Position numbers and translations under genes: made by a program. Of a DNA stretch of 64,000 bases, positions 29,131 through 42,875 are shown piece after piece; within the stretch, counting starts at the first letter, position 1, and the number at the start of each line of letters is the position of its first letter. Location: NCBI GenBank assembly GCA_002269645.1, contig NIVC01001163.1, positions 124,001 to 188,000 on the forward strand, written 5' to 3'. Source of the DNA: Macrostomum lignano (Eukaryota). The notes beneath the pieces are model-generated. The model was not told the origin of the DNA and searched no databases. It saw only the letters and a list, made by a program, of their open reading frames with translations.

Positions 29131-30245
29131 CTGTCTGTCCCAGTGTCTGTCTCAGTGTCTGTCTCAGTGTCTGTCTCAGTGCCTGTCTCAGTGTCTGTCC
29201 CAGTGTCTGTCCCAGTGTCTGTCTCAGTGCCTGTCTCATGTCTGTCTCAGTGTCTGTCCCAGTGTCTGTCTCAGTGTCTGTCTCAGTGTCTGTCTCAGTG
29301 TCTGTCTCAGCGTCTGTCTCAGTGTCTGTCTCAGTGTATGTCCCAGTGTCTGTCTCAGTGTCTGTCTCAGTGTCTGTCTCAGTGTATGTCCCAGTGTCTG
29401 TCTCAGTGTCTGTCTCAGTGTCTGTCTCAGTGTGTGTCTCAGTGTGTGTCTCAGTGTGTGTCTCAGTGTCTGTCTCAATGTCTGTCTCAGTGCCTGTCTC
29501 ATGTCTGTCTCAGTGTCTGTCCCAGTGTCTGTCCCAGTGTCTGTCCCAGTGTCTGTCTCAGTGCCTGTCTCATGTCTGTCTCAGTGTCTGTCTCAGTGTC
29601 TGTCTCAGTGTCTGTCTCAGTGTCTGTCTCAGTGTCTGTCCCAGTGTCTGTCCCAGTGTCTGTCCCAGTGTCTGTCCCAGTGTGTGTCTCAGTGTCTGTC
29701 TCAGTGTCTGTCTCAGTGTCTGTTTCAGTGTCTGTCTCAGTGTCTGTCTCAGTGTCTGTCTCAGTGTCTGTCTCAGTGTCTGTCTCAGTGTCTGTCCCAG
29801 CGTCTGTCTCAGTGTCTGTCCCAGTGGCTGTCTCAGTGCCTGTCTCAGTGTCTGTCCCAGTGTCTGTCTCAGTGTATGTCCCAGTGTCTGTCCCAGTGTC
29901 TGTCTCAGTGCCTGTCTCATGTCTGTCTCAGTGTATGTCCCAGTGTCTGTCTCAGTGTATGTCCCAGTGTCTGTCCCAGTGTCTGTCTCAGTGTATGTCC
30001 CAGTGTCTGTCCCAGTGTCTGTCTCAGTGCCTGTCTCGTGTCTGTCTCAGTGTCTGTCCCAGTGTCTGTCTCAGTGTCTGTCTCAGTGTCTGTCTCAGTG
30101 TCTGTCTCAGTGTCTGTCCCAGTGTCTGTCTCAGTGTCTGTCCCAGTGTCTGTCCCAGTGTCTGTCTCAGTGCCTGTCTCATGTCTGTCTCAGTGCCTGT
30201 CTCAGTGTCTGTCTCAGTGTCTGCCTCAGTGTCTGTCCCAGTGTC
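29131..30245. repeat. 12-bp satellite (gtgtctgtctca)n
   Basis: Tandem array; reverse complement of the 35322-37423 array. Confidence 0.97.
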
Positions 30246-30765
30246 TAAGTGTCTTTGTGTCCGCCCGTCCATCTGTCTGTCCCCCTGTCCCCAGTCGATC
30301 CCATGTAGTTCCTATGCAACACCTACCTTTATCCCATCAATTGCTTTCATCATTCCCCAGGCAGTCAGGCCGTCAGTACGCCAGGCACGCGGCCCACAGA
30401 AGAGCTGCGACCACCCCCTGCTTTTCCTCTCCTCTGGACCGGCGCACCAGCACTGGTTTATCCCAGGATGGGGTCTTCAGACCTCGAAGCGCATCTTCTT
30501 CAAGTATTCCTTTGCTTAACTTTTCCCTTCAGGATTTTCTGCCCTCCAGCCGTGGCCGCCGCGTCTTTAATACACCCCACGAACCGCAGCCTGAGAAAGC
30601 AACCAGAGCGGCAGGCATGAACTGGGGGACCGGCACTGCACGGGCCTGGTGAGTGGCCCCACAAGGAGACAGGAAAAAATAGAGCTCTGCTCTCCAAGCG
30701 GTGAAGCTGATACTGAGATTCTTTAATATTTTCGTACGTGCAGTGCGGAAATAACTCAATGAGAT

Positions 30766-31011
30766 GATCAGATCCCGATGGGATGAGCACCTGTGGGAAC
30801 ACGGGATCAGATCCCGATAGGATGAGCATCTGTGGGAACACGGGATCAGATCCCGATAGGATGAGCATCTGTGGGAACACGGGATCAGATCCCGATAGGA
30901 TGAGCATCTGTGGGAACACGGGATCAGATCCCGATAGGATGAGCATCTGTGGGAACACGGGATCAGATCCCGATAGGATGAGCACCTGTGGGAACACGGG
31001 ATCAGATCCCA
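30766..31011. repeat. 39-bp minisatellite, about 6 copies
   Basis: (gatcagatcccgataggatgagcatctgtgggaacacgg)n. Confidence 0.95.
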
Positions 31012-31351
31012 GTACTGCATTCTGGAGCAGGGATTAGAGACACACGAGTAGAACACCAACACAGAAAACAGAAAACCAAATTCAGTAATGAGTCACACAT
31101 TACAATTGTCAAACAAGTGGGTAGTCAGTTATTAATTTCAAATATTTCTACACAGCTTGTTGACAGTAGAGCAGCAGACACGGAAGAAAAGAAGCAACAA
31201 ATAAAGCAGATTAGAATTGTTTGTAATTTAATATGCAACTCAAATATTTGTACAAACCAAAAGTGTCTGAGTAATATGGTTATAGCAATAGTAATAATAA
31301 TAGAATAATAATATCAAGTGCGTGAAAGTGTCTAACTAAAATCAGTGCTCG

Positions 31352-31373
31352 TTTATTATCATAAAGTTTTATT
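31352..31373 (-). promoter_or_regulatory. Candidate polyadenylation signals (two AATAAA) of the ZNF608-like gene
   Basis: tttatt on the plus strand at 31368-31373 and 31352-31357, about 155-170 nt after the predicted stop and followed by AT-rich DNA. Confidence 0.55.
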
Positions 31374-31526
31374 GGGGCCAATCGGGCAGCGGGGCATCAC
31401 TGCCGCTCTCACGCACTCGGACCGCTGACTCGCACAGCTCGCTGAGTCATCCTTGGTTGAGTTCAGGTTGAACAGCAGCTGAGATTGCCGTCCTCACTGC
31501 CGATTGGGGGGCTGCGCGTGCAAGCC

Positions 31527-32970
31527 TCACTTTGGAATGGGTGGGAAGGCCGCTGAAATGAGATCGCCGGGTGGCTTGTCAGCTGTCAGCTTCATCCTAT
31601 GTCTATTCCCACTCTAGCTATCTCGTTTCCTTTATCTCTATTCCCTTATCTCTATTCTCACCCTATCTATCTCATTTCTCTAATCTCTTATCTCTATTCC
31701 CTTATCTCTATCCTCACCCTATCTATCCTATCTCCTTTCTCTTATCTCTATTCCTTTATCTCTATTCTCACCCTATCTATCTCATTTCTCTAATCTCTTA
31801 TATCTATTCCCTTATCTCTATTCTCACCCTATCTATCTCATTTCTCTAATCTCTTATCTCTATTCCCTTATCTCTATCCTCACCCTATCTATCCTATCTC
31901 CTATCTCTTATCTCTATTCCTTTATCTCTATTCTCACCCTATCTATCTCATTTCTCTAATCTCTTATATCTATTCCCTTATCTCTATTCTCACCCTATAT
32001 ATCTCATTTTTCTTATCTCCATTCTCACCCTATCATCTCCTTTCTCCTATCTCTATTCTCACCCTATATCTATCTCATCTCATTTCTCCTATCTCTATTC
32101 ACACCCTATCTATCTCATTTCTCCTATCCATCTCATTTCTTGATCTACCCTCATCACATGGACTCCATCAAAGTCTCAAGGAAGTGGCCAATAGCGGAGC
32201 TCATCCTAAAGCGGCATGATAAGCCATCGAAGATGTCAAAACTGCTCTCATACTGGGGGGAGAGGGGACGCCGGGCGGTGACCTCGAAGTCAAGTGGCCC
32301 CGCGGCAGCCGGGATTGGATTTGCCACTCGCATGTCCGGCTCCCGACCGCCTCCTCCCTCACATCCGGCCGCTCGCCCAGACACTGAGGCAGGCCGTCTG
32401 GAGGCTGGGTCGGGGCTGAGGCCCAACCAAATATAAGATGCAGACGGAGGAACTGAGAACAAGGCGGAAGCCCTCGCCGCGTTTGAGAGGGAGAGAGGGA
32501 AATCCCATTGAGGACTGATGCAGCTGCATCGATGCGGCTCTCGGGAGTCTGGGTGATGCAGAAGAGGCGATGTGGGAGGATGAAGAGGCCTCTGCAAAAA
32601 CTAGAAAGGGGAGGAGGGAGCCAGCAGCTTGCCGGGCAATCATGCGAGCATTAGGGAGAGACGGAGAGGGAGAGGTCTAAGAAGGCCTGCCATGCCCCCC
32701 CCCTAATCTCAGAGCGCTGAGCCGGAGTGAGGAGCGGAGAATGGGAAGCCTTGATGCCACCTCACACTCCCACTGTGACACGCATCCCAAAACCGCAGCA
32801 ATGCCTTACACAGAGGCAGTTGCAGCGCATTCAGTGAGAAGGCCTGTGTTTGTGTTTGCCGGGAGAAGTGATGAGGGAGCCCCGCTTCTGCAATGGAAAC
32901 TAAACAAGCAATCAATATCTCACAGAGTGAGTGAGAGCTGGGGATGAGCGCTGCGGGTGGTTCGGCTGCT

Positions 32971-33040
<70 letters not shown>

Positions 33041-33042
33041 GT

Positions 33043-33080
<38 letters not shown>

Positions 33081-33492
33081 GCTGTCTCACCGTGGTGAAA
33101 CCCGCCAACAAAGCCAGCAAACGGGTCGGCTGGGTACGGGGCTGGCGGGGGACCAGGCGGCAGAAACTGCGGCGGCGGCGGCTGCGGAGCCCCACTGCCA
33201 GTGCTGGCCGAGGAGCCGCCACCAATGGGAAATCCGGTCCCCGCGGAGGAAGAGACGGCGGCAGCGGCAGCCGCGGCCGCGGCGAAGGCGGCCTCCATAA
33301 AGCGGAGCTGCTCGAGCTCGTACAGCTTTCTGGGGTCGGCGGGAGGCCAGTAGAGCTGATGGGGCGGGAGCGGCGGCTGCGGCTGCGGCGGCTGAGGAAG
33401 GAGGCTGGCCACAGATGTTGGTGGGGGATCAGCCTTTGGCGACTGTGGAGGCGGCGGGGGCGGCGGGGGTGCCATGGTAGTTCCGATGCACG

Positions 33493-33530
<38 letters not shown>

Positions 33531-36500
33531 GGATTCTTGGACCCGCCGGCCTCCCGCTGCTGCTGCTGACGCTTCGCTGCAGCCGAAACCGCTGGCTTCC
33601 GCTGCTCGGGGACTTTGAACACGGGGTGCGGATCGGCGCCCCCCTGAGGACTCGACGATGCCGTCGATGGCGTCTGCGGATCTGCAAGCGGTTGCGGAGG
33701 TGGCGGTGGCGGGCGCCTGCGTTCCGAGTGACAGTCGTTGTGGTGCCACTTCATGGCCAGCTCGTTGATGAATCGCTTGGAGCAGTCGGGATGAGGACAA
33801 GAGACTGGGAGAAGCTGCTGCTTGGTGGCAGCGCGGCTGTGCTGCGGCTGCTGCTGCGGCTGCGAGCGCCTCCGGTTGATGATGGCCCCGTTGGAGGCGG
33901 CGGCGGCCGCTGCTGCGGCTCGACGCTTTCGTCCAGTTGACGGAGGTGAAGATCGGTGAGTCTTCTGCTGCTGCTCTGCCTGCTGCTCCTGGCACTCCTG
34001 CTGCTGCTGCTGCTGTGCGCTTGGCTCAGAAGAGACCAGGTCGCGCTGAGACGAGTCTAGCAGGGTGCCAACGTAGGTTCGACCGCGCCAGGTGACGTTA
34101 ACGACTAGCATGCCTGCAGTGCCAGATGCGAGATGAGCATGGGTGAGATGAGTATGGGTGAGGTGAGTATGGGTGAGATGAGCATGGGTGAGATGAGCAT
34201 GGGTGAGATGAGCATGGGTGAGATGAGTATGGGTGAGATGAGCATGGGTGAGATGAGTATGGGTGAGGTGAGTATGGGTGAGATGAGTATGGGTGAGATG
34301 AGTATGGTGAGGTGAGTATGGGTGAGATGAGTATGGGTGAGATGAGTATGGTGAGGTGAGCATGGGTGAGATGAGTATGGTGAGGTGAGCATGGGTGAGA
34401 TGAGTATGGGTGAGATGAATGGGGTGAGATGAGTGTGGTGAGATGAGTGGGGTGAGATGAATGGGGTGAGATGAGTGTGGTGAGATGAGTGGGGTGAGAT
34501 GAATGGGGTGAGATGAGTGGGGTGAGATGAGTGGGGTGAGATGAGTGGGGTGAGATGAATGGGGTGAGATGAGTGGGGTGAGATGAATGGGGTGAGATGA
34601 GTGGGGTGAGATGAGTGGGGTTGAGATGAGTGGGGTGAGATGAGTGGGGTGAGATGAGTGGGGTGAGATGAGTGGGGTTGAGATGAGTGGGGTGAGATGA
34701 GTGGGGTGAGATGAGTGAGATGAGATGAGTCAATGGTGATGGCCGATCAGGGGCCAGAGGAAATCGAGTTATTCAACCAGAATCGCCTAGCCGGCCACAT
34801 GGGCCTCAGCGGAAGGGTTGCAAGATCGGCAAGCAGCGCAAAGAGCCCCCCCCCCCGGCTGACAGCGCATTCGATATCAGACTAATCTGTGCCCCGGTGC
34901 ACCGATCGATAAGAGGGCCTGCGCACCCACCAGTGCTGTCAATGTGGAAACCATGTTTTAACTCCTTAACTTGCTTCAACTACCGCCCGGTGTGTTATCG
35001 CGGCCAGGCAGCAACCCCCTCCGCCTCCCGCCTCTGCAGGAGGTCGTAAATAATTAATTAGGGCGCGCTGAGCCGACAACAGATTAAGATGCAGACAGCG
35101 ACGAGAGGGAGGAAGTTAGGGAGGTAGCCAGGGCCTCTCAAGCAGGTATTGGTGGAGGCGCAAGTGCTTGCTAAACGAATTTGCTGCGCCGTCGGCCGGT
35201 TGGTGAAGTTGCATTTGGATTGACTTTTAGCGCTTACCAGTGCGCAAGATCAGAGCTGGATTCAAATTATTGCCTGCCAGCTTAGTTTAGTTTAGAGAGG
35301 AAAGGAGATTAATGATACTCTGGCAGACACTGAGAGAGACACTGAGAGAGACATTGAGACAGACACTGAGACAGACACTGAGACAGACACTGAGGCAGAC
35401 ACTGAGACAGACACTGAGACAGACACTGAGACAGACACTGAGACAGACACTGAGACAGACACTGAGACAGACACTGAGACAGGCACTGAGACAGACATGA
35501 GACAGGCACTGAGACAGACACTGAGACAGACACTGAGACAGACACTGAGACAGACACTGAGACAGACATGAGACAGGCACTGAGACAGACACTGAGACAG
35601 ACACTGAGACAGACACTGAGACAGACACTGAGACAGACACTGAGACAGACATGAGACAGGCACTGAGACAGACATTGAGACAGACACTGAGACAGACACT
35701 GAGACAGACACTGAGACAGACACTGAGACAGACACTGAGACAGACATTGAGACAGACACTGAGACAGACACTGAGACAGACACTGAGACAGACACTGAGA
35801 CAGACACTGAGACACACACTGAGACAGACACTGAGACAGACACTGAAACAGACACTGAAACAGACACTGAGACAGACACTGAGACAGACACTGAGACACA
35901 CACTGAGACAGACACTGAGACAGACACTGAGACAGACATTGAGACAGACACTGAGACAGACACTGAGACAGACACTGAGGCAGACACTGAGACAGACACT
36001 GAGACAGACACTGAGACAGACACCGAGACAGACACTGAGACAGACATTGAGACAGACACTGAGACAGACACTGAGACAGACACTGAGGCAGACACTGAGA
36101 CAGACACTGAGACAGACACTGAGACAGACACTGAGACAGACACTGAGACAGACACTGAGACAGGCACTGAGACAGACATGAGACAGGCACTGAGACAGAC
36201 ACTGAGACAGACACTGAGACAGACACTGAGACAGACACTGAGACAGACACTGAGACAGACACTGAGACAGACATGAGACAGGCACTGAGACAGACACTGA
36301 GACAGACACTGAGACAGACACTGAGACAGACACTGAGACAGACACTGAGACAGACATGAGACAGGCACTGAGACAGACATTGAGACAGACACTGAGACAG
36401 ACACTGAGACAGACACTGAGACAGACACTGAGACAGACACTGAGACAGACATTGAGACAGACACTGAGACAGACACTGAGACAGACATGAGACAGGCACT

Positions 36501-39500
36501 GAGACAGACATTGAGACAGACACTGAGACAGACACTGAGACAGACACTGAGACAGACACTGAGACAGACACTGAGACAGACACTGAGACAGACACTGAGA
36601 CAGACACTGAGACAGACACTGAGACAGGCACTGAGACAGACATGAGACAGGCACTGAGACAGACACTGAGACAGACACTGAGACAGACATGAGACAGGCA
36701 CTGAGACAGACACTGAGACAGACACTGAGACAGACACTGAGACAGACACTGAGACAGACACTGAGACAGACATGAGACAGGCACTGAGACAGACATTGAG
36801 ACAGACACTGAGACAGACACTGAGACAGACACTGAGACAGACACTGAGACAGACACTGAGACAGACATTGAGACAGACACTGAGACAGACACTGAGACAG
36901 ACACTGAGACAGACACTGAGACAGACACTGAGACACACACTGAGACAGACACTGAGACAGACACTGAAACAGACACTGAAACAGACACTGAGACAGACAC
37001 TGAGACAGACACTGAGACACACACTGAGACAGACACTGAGACAGACACTGAGACAGACATTGAGACAGACACTGAGACAGACACTGAGACAGACACTCAG
37101 ACAGACACTCAGACAGACACTGAGACAGACACTGAGACAGACACCGAGACAGACACTGAGACAGACATTGAGACAGACACTGAGACAGACACTGAGACAG
37201 ACACTGAGGCAGACACTGAGACAGACACTGAGACAGACACTGAGACAGGCACTGAGACAGACATGAGACAGGCACTGAGACAGACACTGAGACAGACACT
37301 GAGACAGACACTGAGACAGACACTGAGACAGACACTGAGACAGACATGAGACAGGCACTGAGACAGACATTGAGACAGACACTGAGACAGACACTGAGAC
37401 AGACACTGAGGCAGACACTGAGAGAAAAGTAGCGCAGCAGCAGCAGCCATACCGGGCGCTAACGGGGGGACTGCATGGGCATTTGAAGTGGGCATTGAAG
37501 AAGACAGTTGCCGCGGTCCTTGAAAGGGAAGAGAGAAGGCCCGAGGCTCGCTGCCCACTTTCCAGTCGCCGTCACCCAGTCGGAATCCGAGGCCAAACCT
37601 GCCCGTCCCCGCCCCGGGTGTCCGATATTCTCGGCCATCGGCCGGTCAGCTTGGCTGTTTGGATCTGATTCCTTCCCTTGCTTCGCCGGCGCCTCACTCT
37701 CGCTCCCAGTCTCCTCTCTTCCCCTCCCTTCACTCATTTCTCTCTATCCCTCGCCTGGTCTAAGTTGGGAATAATATACACACACTGCTGACTGGAGTGG
37801 GCCCAGTTTAGATGAGCTCCATTAATCCTTTCCAGCAAATAATTTGAAACAGTCTTAACAGTTATTATTAGTCACCACAGCTTACCTGAGCCGGTCTCCA
37901 GCCATACAATGCCGTCAAGGTTAATATTGGTGCCTGGATCGCACGGGCCGAGGCACTCGGGCTCAATGTTGGTAGCCTTAGTTGTGCCCGATGCTGCACT
38001 GACGGAGGCTGCTGGGTTGGCGGCGGCCTTCTTCATCTTTTTATTAGCCTGAAAAGGAATTTTAGCAGTAGTGATGAGTGCTGCTGCATGCATGACTGCA
38101 GGTGTGTTCGCTGCTGAGCTTGTTCTTAACTGGTAATGCAGCTTTGCTGTAGCTATATTACAGCCTTACTGTATTTGCTGTAGCTGCATTACAGCCTTAC
38201 TGTATTTACTGTAGCTATATTACAGCCTTACTGTATTTACTGTAGCTATATTACAGCCTTACTGTATTTACTGTAGCTATATTACAGCCTTACTGTATTT
38301 GCTGTAGCTGCATTACAGCCTTACTGTATTTACTGTAGCTGCATTACAGCCTTACTGTATTTACTGTAGCTATATTACAGCATTACTGTATTTACTGTAG
38401 CTATATTACAGCCTTACTGTATTTACTGTAGCTATATTACAGCCTTACTGTATTTACTGTAGCTATACTACAGCATTACTGTATTTACTGTAGCTATATT
38501 ACAGCATTACTGTATTTAGTGTAGCTGCATTACAGCCCTACTGTATTTACTGTAGCTATATTACAGCATTACTGTACTTACTGTAGCTATATTACAGCCC
38601 TACTGTATTTACTGTAGCTATATTACAGCATTACTGTATTTAGTGTAGCTATATTACAGCCTTACTGTATTTAGTGTAGCTATATTACAGCCCTACTGTA
38701 TTTACTGTAGCTATATTACAGCCCTACTGTATTTACTGTAGCTATATTACAGCCTTACTGTACTTACTGTAGCTATATTACAGCATTACTGTATTTACTG
38801 TAGCTATGAAAGCAATAACGGTAATGAGTTTGAAATGACGAATAATGTAAGCTCGTCAGCTTTTAACAAATTCTCCGGAATGAATCCCGTTACATCTGGG
38901 GAGTATCGAGTTCAAAAATATTCAAAGCCACTGATGCGGTACAGCTAACTGCCTGCCGATAGACCAATAGCGGCACTGAGCTGTGCTCAATGGGAGAATA
39001 TCAATTGCAGCACTTCCTGTTGTTTAAAGCCATACGTAGTCCTCTCTGAATGCCGATCCTGCTCTCTGGCTGTCTCATCAGAGCGGTCCCAGTCAGAGAA
39101 AGAGAATGCGACAAGTGCCATGGATGATTGCTTGAGAATAGAGGGAAAAACAGGTACGTATCAACCTGAATTACAATTCCCCAAGTCTAATTCCCCGGCC
39201 TAAGGGACTTGCTATCCAAAGACGACGATATTCTATAGAAACCTGGACTAGATGGAAGACAGACAGGCGGCCTGAGGCCCAACTGCAATCCTGATTTACG
39301 CAAGTGGAAAATTGAAGCGCACGGAGAGGCTGCGGTACTGCATGAGGTGATTTTATTAACGGGTGTTTGCCCCTCCAATTTTTCACTTCCACGGGCACTG
39401 GCTTCCAGTCCAGACAATCAGAGCTCCTTGGCTGGCTCATACGGCCCCCCTCTACATGTATACAACGGCCGAGTTTCGACATTTGGGTCTTCCAATGTCC

Positions 39501-41135
39501 TGAAAACTTATTGTGCTGGACTAAAACTAGCAGGTAGGCTGGCAAGTGTTCATGTGTAGCTCTGGCTAATAAATGAAACGAATATTGAACTGGAAATTGA
39601 AACTGAAAGAAGTAAAATAATAGCTGTGCCAGGAACACCCCATAGAAACCTCCAGAGCCGCCTCCCTCGGGGAGGGGGGACGACACAAATGCTAGTCCCT
39701 TGGTACTAAACTTTCCTGATCCGTGTTCTTTATCTTGCATTGAATGCAAACAGAATCCCCCCAGCGCATAGATATGACTGCGGCCTGGCCCGAGTGACAG
39801 CAGCGCGGAACTCGTCTGAGCAGTCAGCCCTCTCAAGCTTCAAAATGGGAAGAATGGGATTATAGAGCTCGCTATAGCGCGTGTATGTGTGGTTAGGGGA
39901 AGTGGGGAAATTGAGGGTGCAGGGGGAAGACTTGCCCCGGGGGAAAGGGCCGGGTGAATAGGGAAGAGAGACAGATGAGGAAGGGACGAGAGTGAGATCT
40001 TGCGTGGCGTGTGAAGTCCCTGGCGGGGACGACTGCTGGCCTCTCTGCTTTATAATACATAACACACACACACTGGGCCCAGTGAGCAGTAGGGAGCTCT
40101 TTCATCATCCATATATACATAATCTGCAATAGGCAGCAGCCTGAGCGAAGTGTTAGTGTGTTGAGCATTCCCTATCCCTTACCGCCACTCCCCAGCCAGC
40201 CAGCACAACAGAAATTGTTCCCGGGATCTGATCCCGGGAGGTGGCAGGCCGGGCGTTGAAGGGCAAATTGCCTAATCTCCCAGCTCCCCAGATGATGGCA
40301 GGGCGATAATCTGCATTCCTCAATCTGCTCAGCCACCACTGAGCTGTAGCTGAGCTGGGAGGGTTGGGGAAGGCAGTGACCAGACAGCAGGGGGAGCGAG
40401 AGTCAATCGGGATGGGAGAATGACTGTGGGCTGTTACCAGCCAACCATATTTATTAATTGCCTCTGCATTTTCTAGTTCAACAATTCAAGAAGGTGAGCT
40501 TCTTGAAGCAATGTGAGAGCATTGCTGCGATTCAGGTTTTATATTTTGTTGGCAACACTTAAACTCCTTCACATTCCTTCGCAATTAATGTCATTTGATG
40601 AGATGAGAGTGACTTTGATGAGATGAGTGTGGTTTTGATGAGATGAGTGTGGTTTTGATGAGATGAGTGTGGTTTTGATGAGATGAGTGTGGTTTTGATG
40701 AGATGAGTGTGGTTTTGATGAGATGAGTGTGGTTTTGATGAGATGAGTGTGGTTTTGATGAGATGAGTGTGGTTTTGATGAGATGAGTGTGGTTTTGATG
40801 AGATGAGTGTTGTTTTGATGAGATGAGTGTGGTTTTGATGTGATGAGTGGCTCCTTGATGTGATGAGTGGCCCCTTGATGTGATGAGTGGCTCCTTGATG
40901 TGATGAGTGGCCCCTTGATGTGATGAGTGGCTCCTTGATGTGATGAGTGGCAATTGGATCCTGTTGCAGATGCTGGACACATGCCAGCGGTCCTTACAGG
41001 CTAATATTGCAGTCTTGCTTAATCAAATACCAGCTCGTACTCAGAGAATACTGAATCGTTTCCTTACCTCGGACGGCTTGCCACCGCCGCTGCTCTTTCG
41101 TTTGTTCGACTGAGCTGAGGCTGAGGTTCTGTTAG

Positions 41136-41185
<50 letters not shown>

Positions 41186-41511
41186 TTGTTGTTCGTTTTG
41201 TCAAGTTTGGCGCCTTGTACTTCTTCTGGCGCTGGAGTCGACTCCGACGGTTGGGGCAGCGGCGGCGGCGGCGGCGGTGGCGATTCGGGAGACGCCGGGG
41301 GTGTCAGCGGGGCGGAGTCCTCGCTGATGATTGCGGCGGCGGCGGCGGTCTGTTTCGGAGTGGCAGCTATCGATGCTTCCGAGCCATTGCGAAGGTCGCC
41401 AGCCGTCTCTAGGTCCTGACTGTCCTCTTGCTGCTGCGGCAGCACCTCGCAAGTCTTGGATTTCCGTTTGATCTTCATTCTGAGAGCGGGGGAGTCCTTG
41501 TCTGTAGCCAT
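31527..41511 (-). CDS. ZNF608: ZNF608/ZNF609 (scribbler/brakeless)-like C2H2 transcriptional co-repressor; complement(join(31527..31552,33091..34113,37886..38048,41068..41511)), about 551 aa; last exon less certain
   Basis: Motifs include [33 protein letters not shown]|[19 protein letters not shown] and the single zinc finger [24 protein letters not shown]. Canonical GT-AG sites with phases 0, 1, 1; total 1656 nt. Confidence 0.9.
31590..32135. repeat. Pyrimidine-rich (ctatctctattctcacc)-type array in ZNF608 intron 3
   Basis: Degenerate tandem array. Confidence 0.88.
32975..33080. repeat. (CT)n microsatellite just inside ZNF608 intron 3
   Basis: Follows the donor CACG|GTGAGA on the minus strand. 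Confidence 0.9.
34125..34732. repeat. (gggtgagatgagtat)-type array abutting the exon 3 acceptor
   Basis: 14-15-bp tandem units. Confidence 0.93.
35322..37423. repeat. 2.1-kb 12-bp satellite (gacagacactga)n in ZNF608 intron 2
   Basis: Tandem array with visible higher-order variant blocks. Confidence 0.98.
38150..38808. repeat. 31-bp minisatellite (ctgtagctatattacagccttactgtattta)n
   Basis: About 21 copies; the unit contains ctgta/tacag inverted pairs. Confidence 0.95.
40600..40950. repeat. 20-bp minisatellite (gatgagatgagtgtggtttt)n
   Basis: Tandem array in ZNF608 intron 1. Confidence 0.95.
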
Positions 41512-42277
41512 GCTCTGCCGGCTGTGTGTTTAAAACTAGACGCTGATTTTATCGCACAGATTGACAGGCGGGTGAAATTTATTAATATGCAATCGCCAGC
41601 GCTGGGCCAGCGAGCTTGCAGAGGGGGGGGGGCGGCGGCACAAGTGGAGCGGCAATCACACAAAGGCCAGGACAGAGAGACTGTGAGAATTGCGGCCCCG
41701 CAGTTTTGGCTTGTTTGGCTTGAGTGAATGAGAGTGGCAGTGGGGTGGGGGGCGGTCGAAAGGAAAAGGTTGGCAAGATGATCGGTAGAGGGTTGAGCTG
41801 CAACAGCAAATACGATTAGGGCACTGGAGTTTTTACTGCAAAGAGAGGCCACAAATGAGGGCGTGGTGGTGAAGGAAGGCTGTCTGCCAAGGCTGGCCCG
41901 CGGTTGGCTGAGTCGTGACGAACCAATCGAAAGCGTCCAGGGTCTTGGTGGGGAGGGGTGGGAGAGTCAAAGCTGCAAGCGGTCAGGAAAGGAAGGGCCA
42001 CAATCCAGCGTATGATATTATTGATTCACTAATAAAGTGGCCAGCAAATCTTCGTGACTGACTGAGGGGCCGGCAGTTCTGCTTTGGTTAGCCTAATTCG
42101 ACTGGCTTTTAGTAGAGTAAAATGTTGATCAGCTACACTTAGCTCGCAGAGTCAGCTGGTAAAATGTTTAGCACTTATAGATTATTAAGTCGGTGGAGAC
42201 TTAGTGTAGTTTGACTGGTTCTTATTAACTGAAGGCCTTGGGAAACCGAAATCATAATCACAAATTAATAAAACCTT

Positions 42278-42875
42278 ACGTCCTTCAGTGGGCGTCAGTA
42301 CACCCCTCCGTCCTTCAGAAGGCGTCAGTACACCCCTCTGTCCTTCAGTGGGCGTCAGTACATCCCTCCGTCCTTCAGTGGGCGCCAGTACACCCCTCCG
42401 TCCTTCAGAAGGCGTCAGTACACCCTCCGTCCTTCAGAAGGCGTCAGTACACCCTCCGTCCTTCAGAAGGCGTCAGTACACCCTCCGTCCTTCAGAAAGC
42501 GTCAGTACACCACTCCGTCCTTCAGAAGGCGTCAGTACACCCCTCCGTCCTTCAGAAGGCGTCAGTACACCACTCCGTCCTTCAGTGGGCGCCAGTATAC
42601 CCTCCATCATTCAGTGGGCGCCAGTATACCCTCCATCATTCAGTGGGCGCCAGTATACCCTCCATCATTCAGTGGGCGCCAGTATACCCTCCATCATTCA
42701 GTGGGCGTCAGTGCACCCTCCATCATTCAGTGAGAGCCAGTACACCCCATCAGTCAGTGAGAGCCAGTACACCCCCATCAGTCAGTGAGAGCCAGTACAA
42801 CCCCATCAGTCAGTGGGAGCCAGTACACCTCTCCATCAGTCAGTGAGAGCCAGTACACCCCTCCATCAGTCAGTG
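42278..42875. repeat. About 30-bp minisatellite (ccgtccttcagaaggcgtcagtacacccct)n with variant blocks
   Basis: Visible tandem array. Confidence 0.93.

Noticed and set aside
32154-32643. GC-rich block with an acceptor at about 32591 as an extra ZNF608 exon
   Set aside because: Two frames are open, neither shows family motifs, and no convincing downstream donor was found.
32912-33090. (RE)n tract as coding sequence, as in atrophin-like proteins
   Set aside because: A strong donor at 33090 precedes it and joins in phase to a terminal exon with a poly(A) signal. The coding alternative (donor at 32923) is not excluded.
39171-39900. Moderately long ORFs in ZNF608 intron 1
   Set aside because: No recognisable motifs on either strand; probably a decayed repeat.
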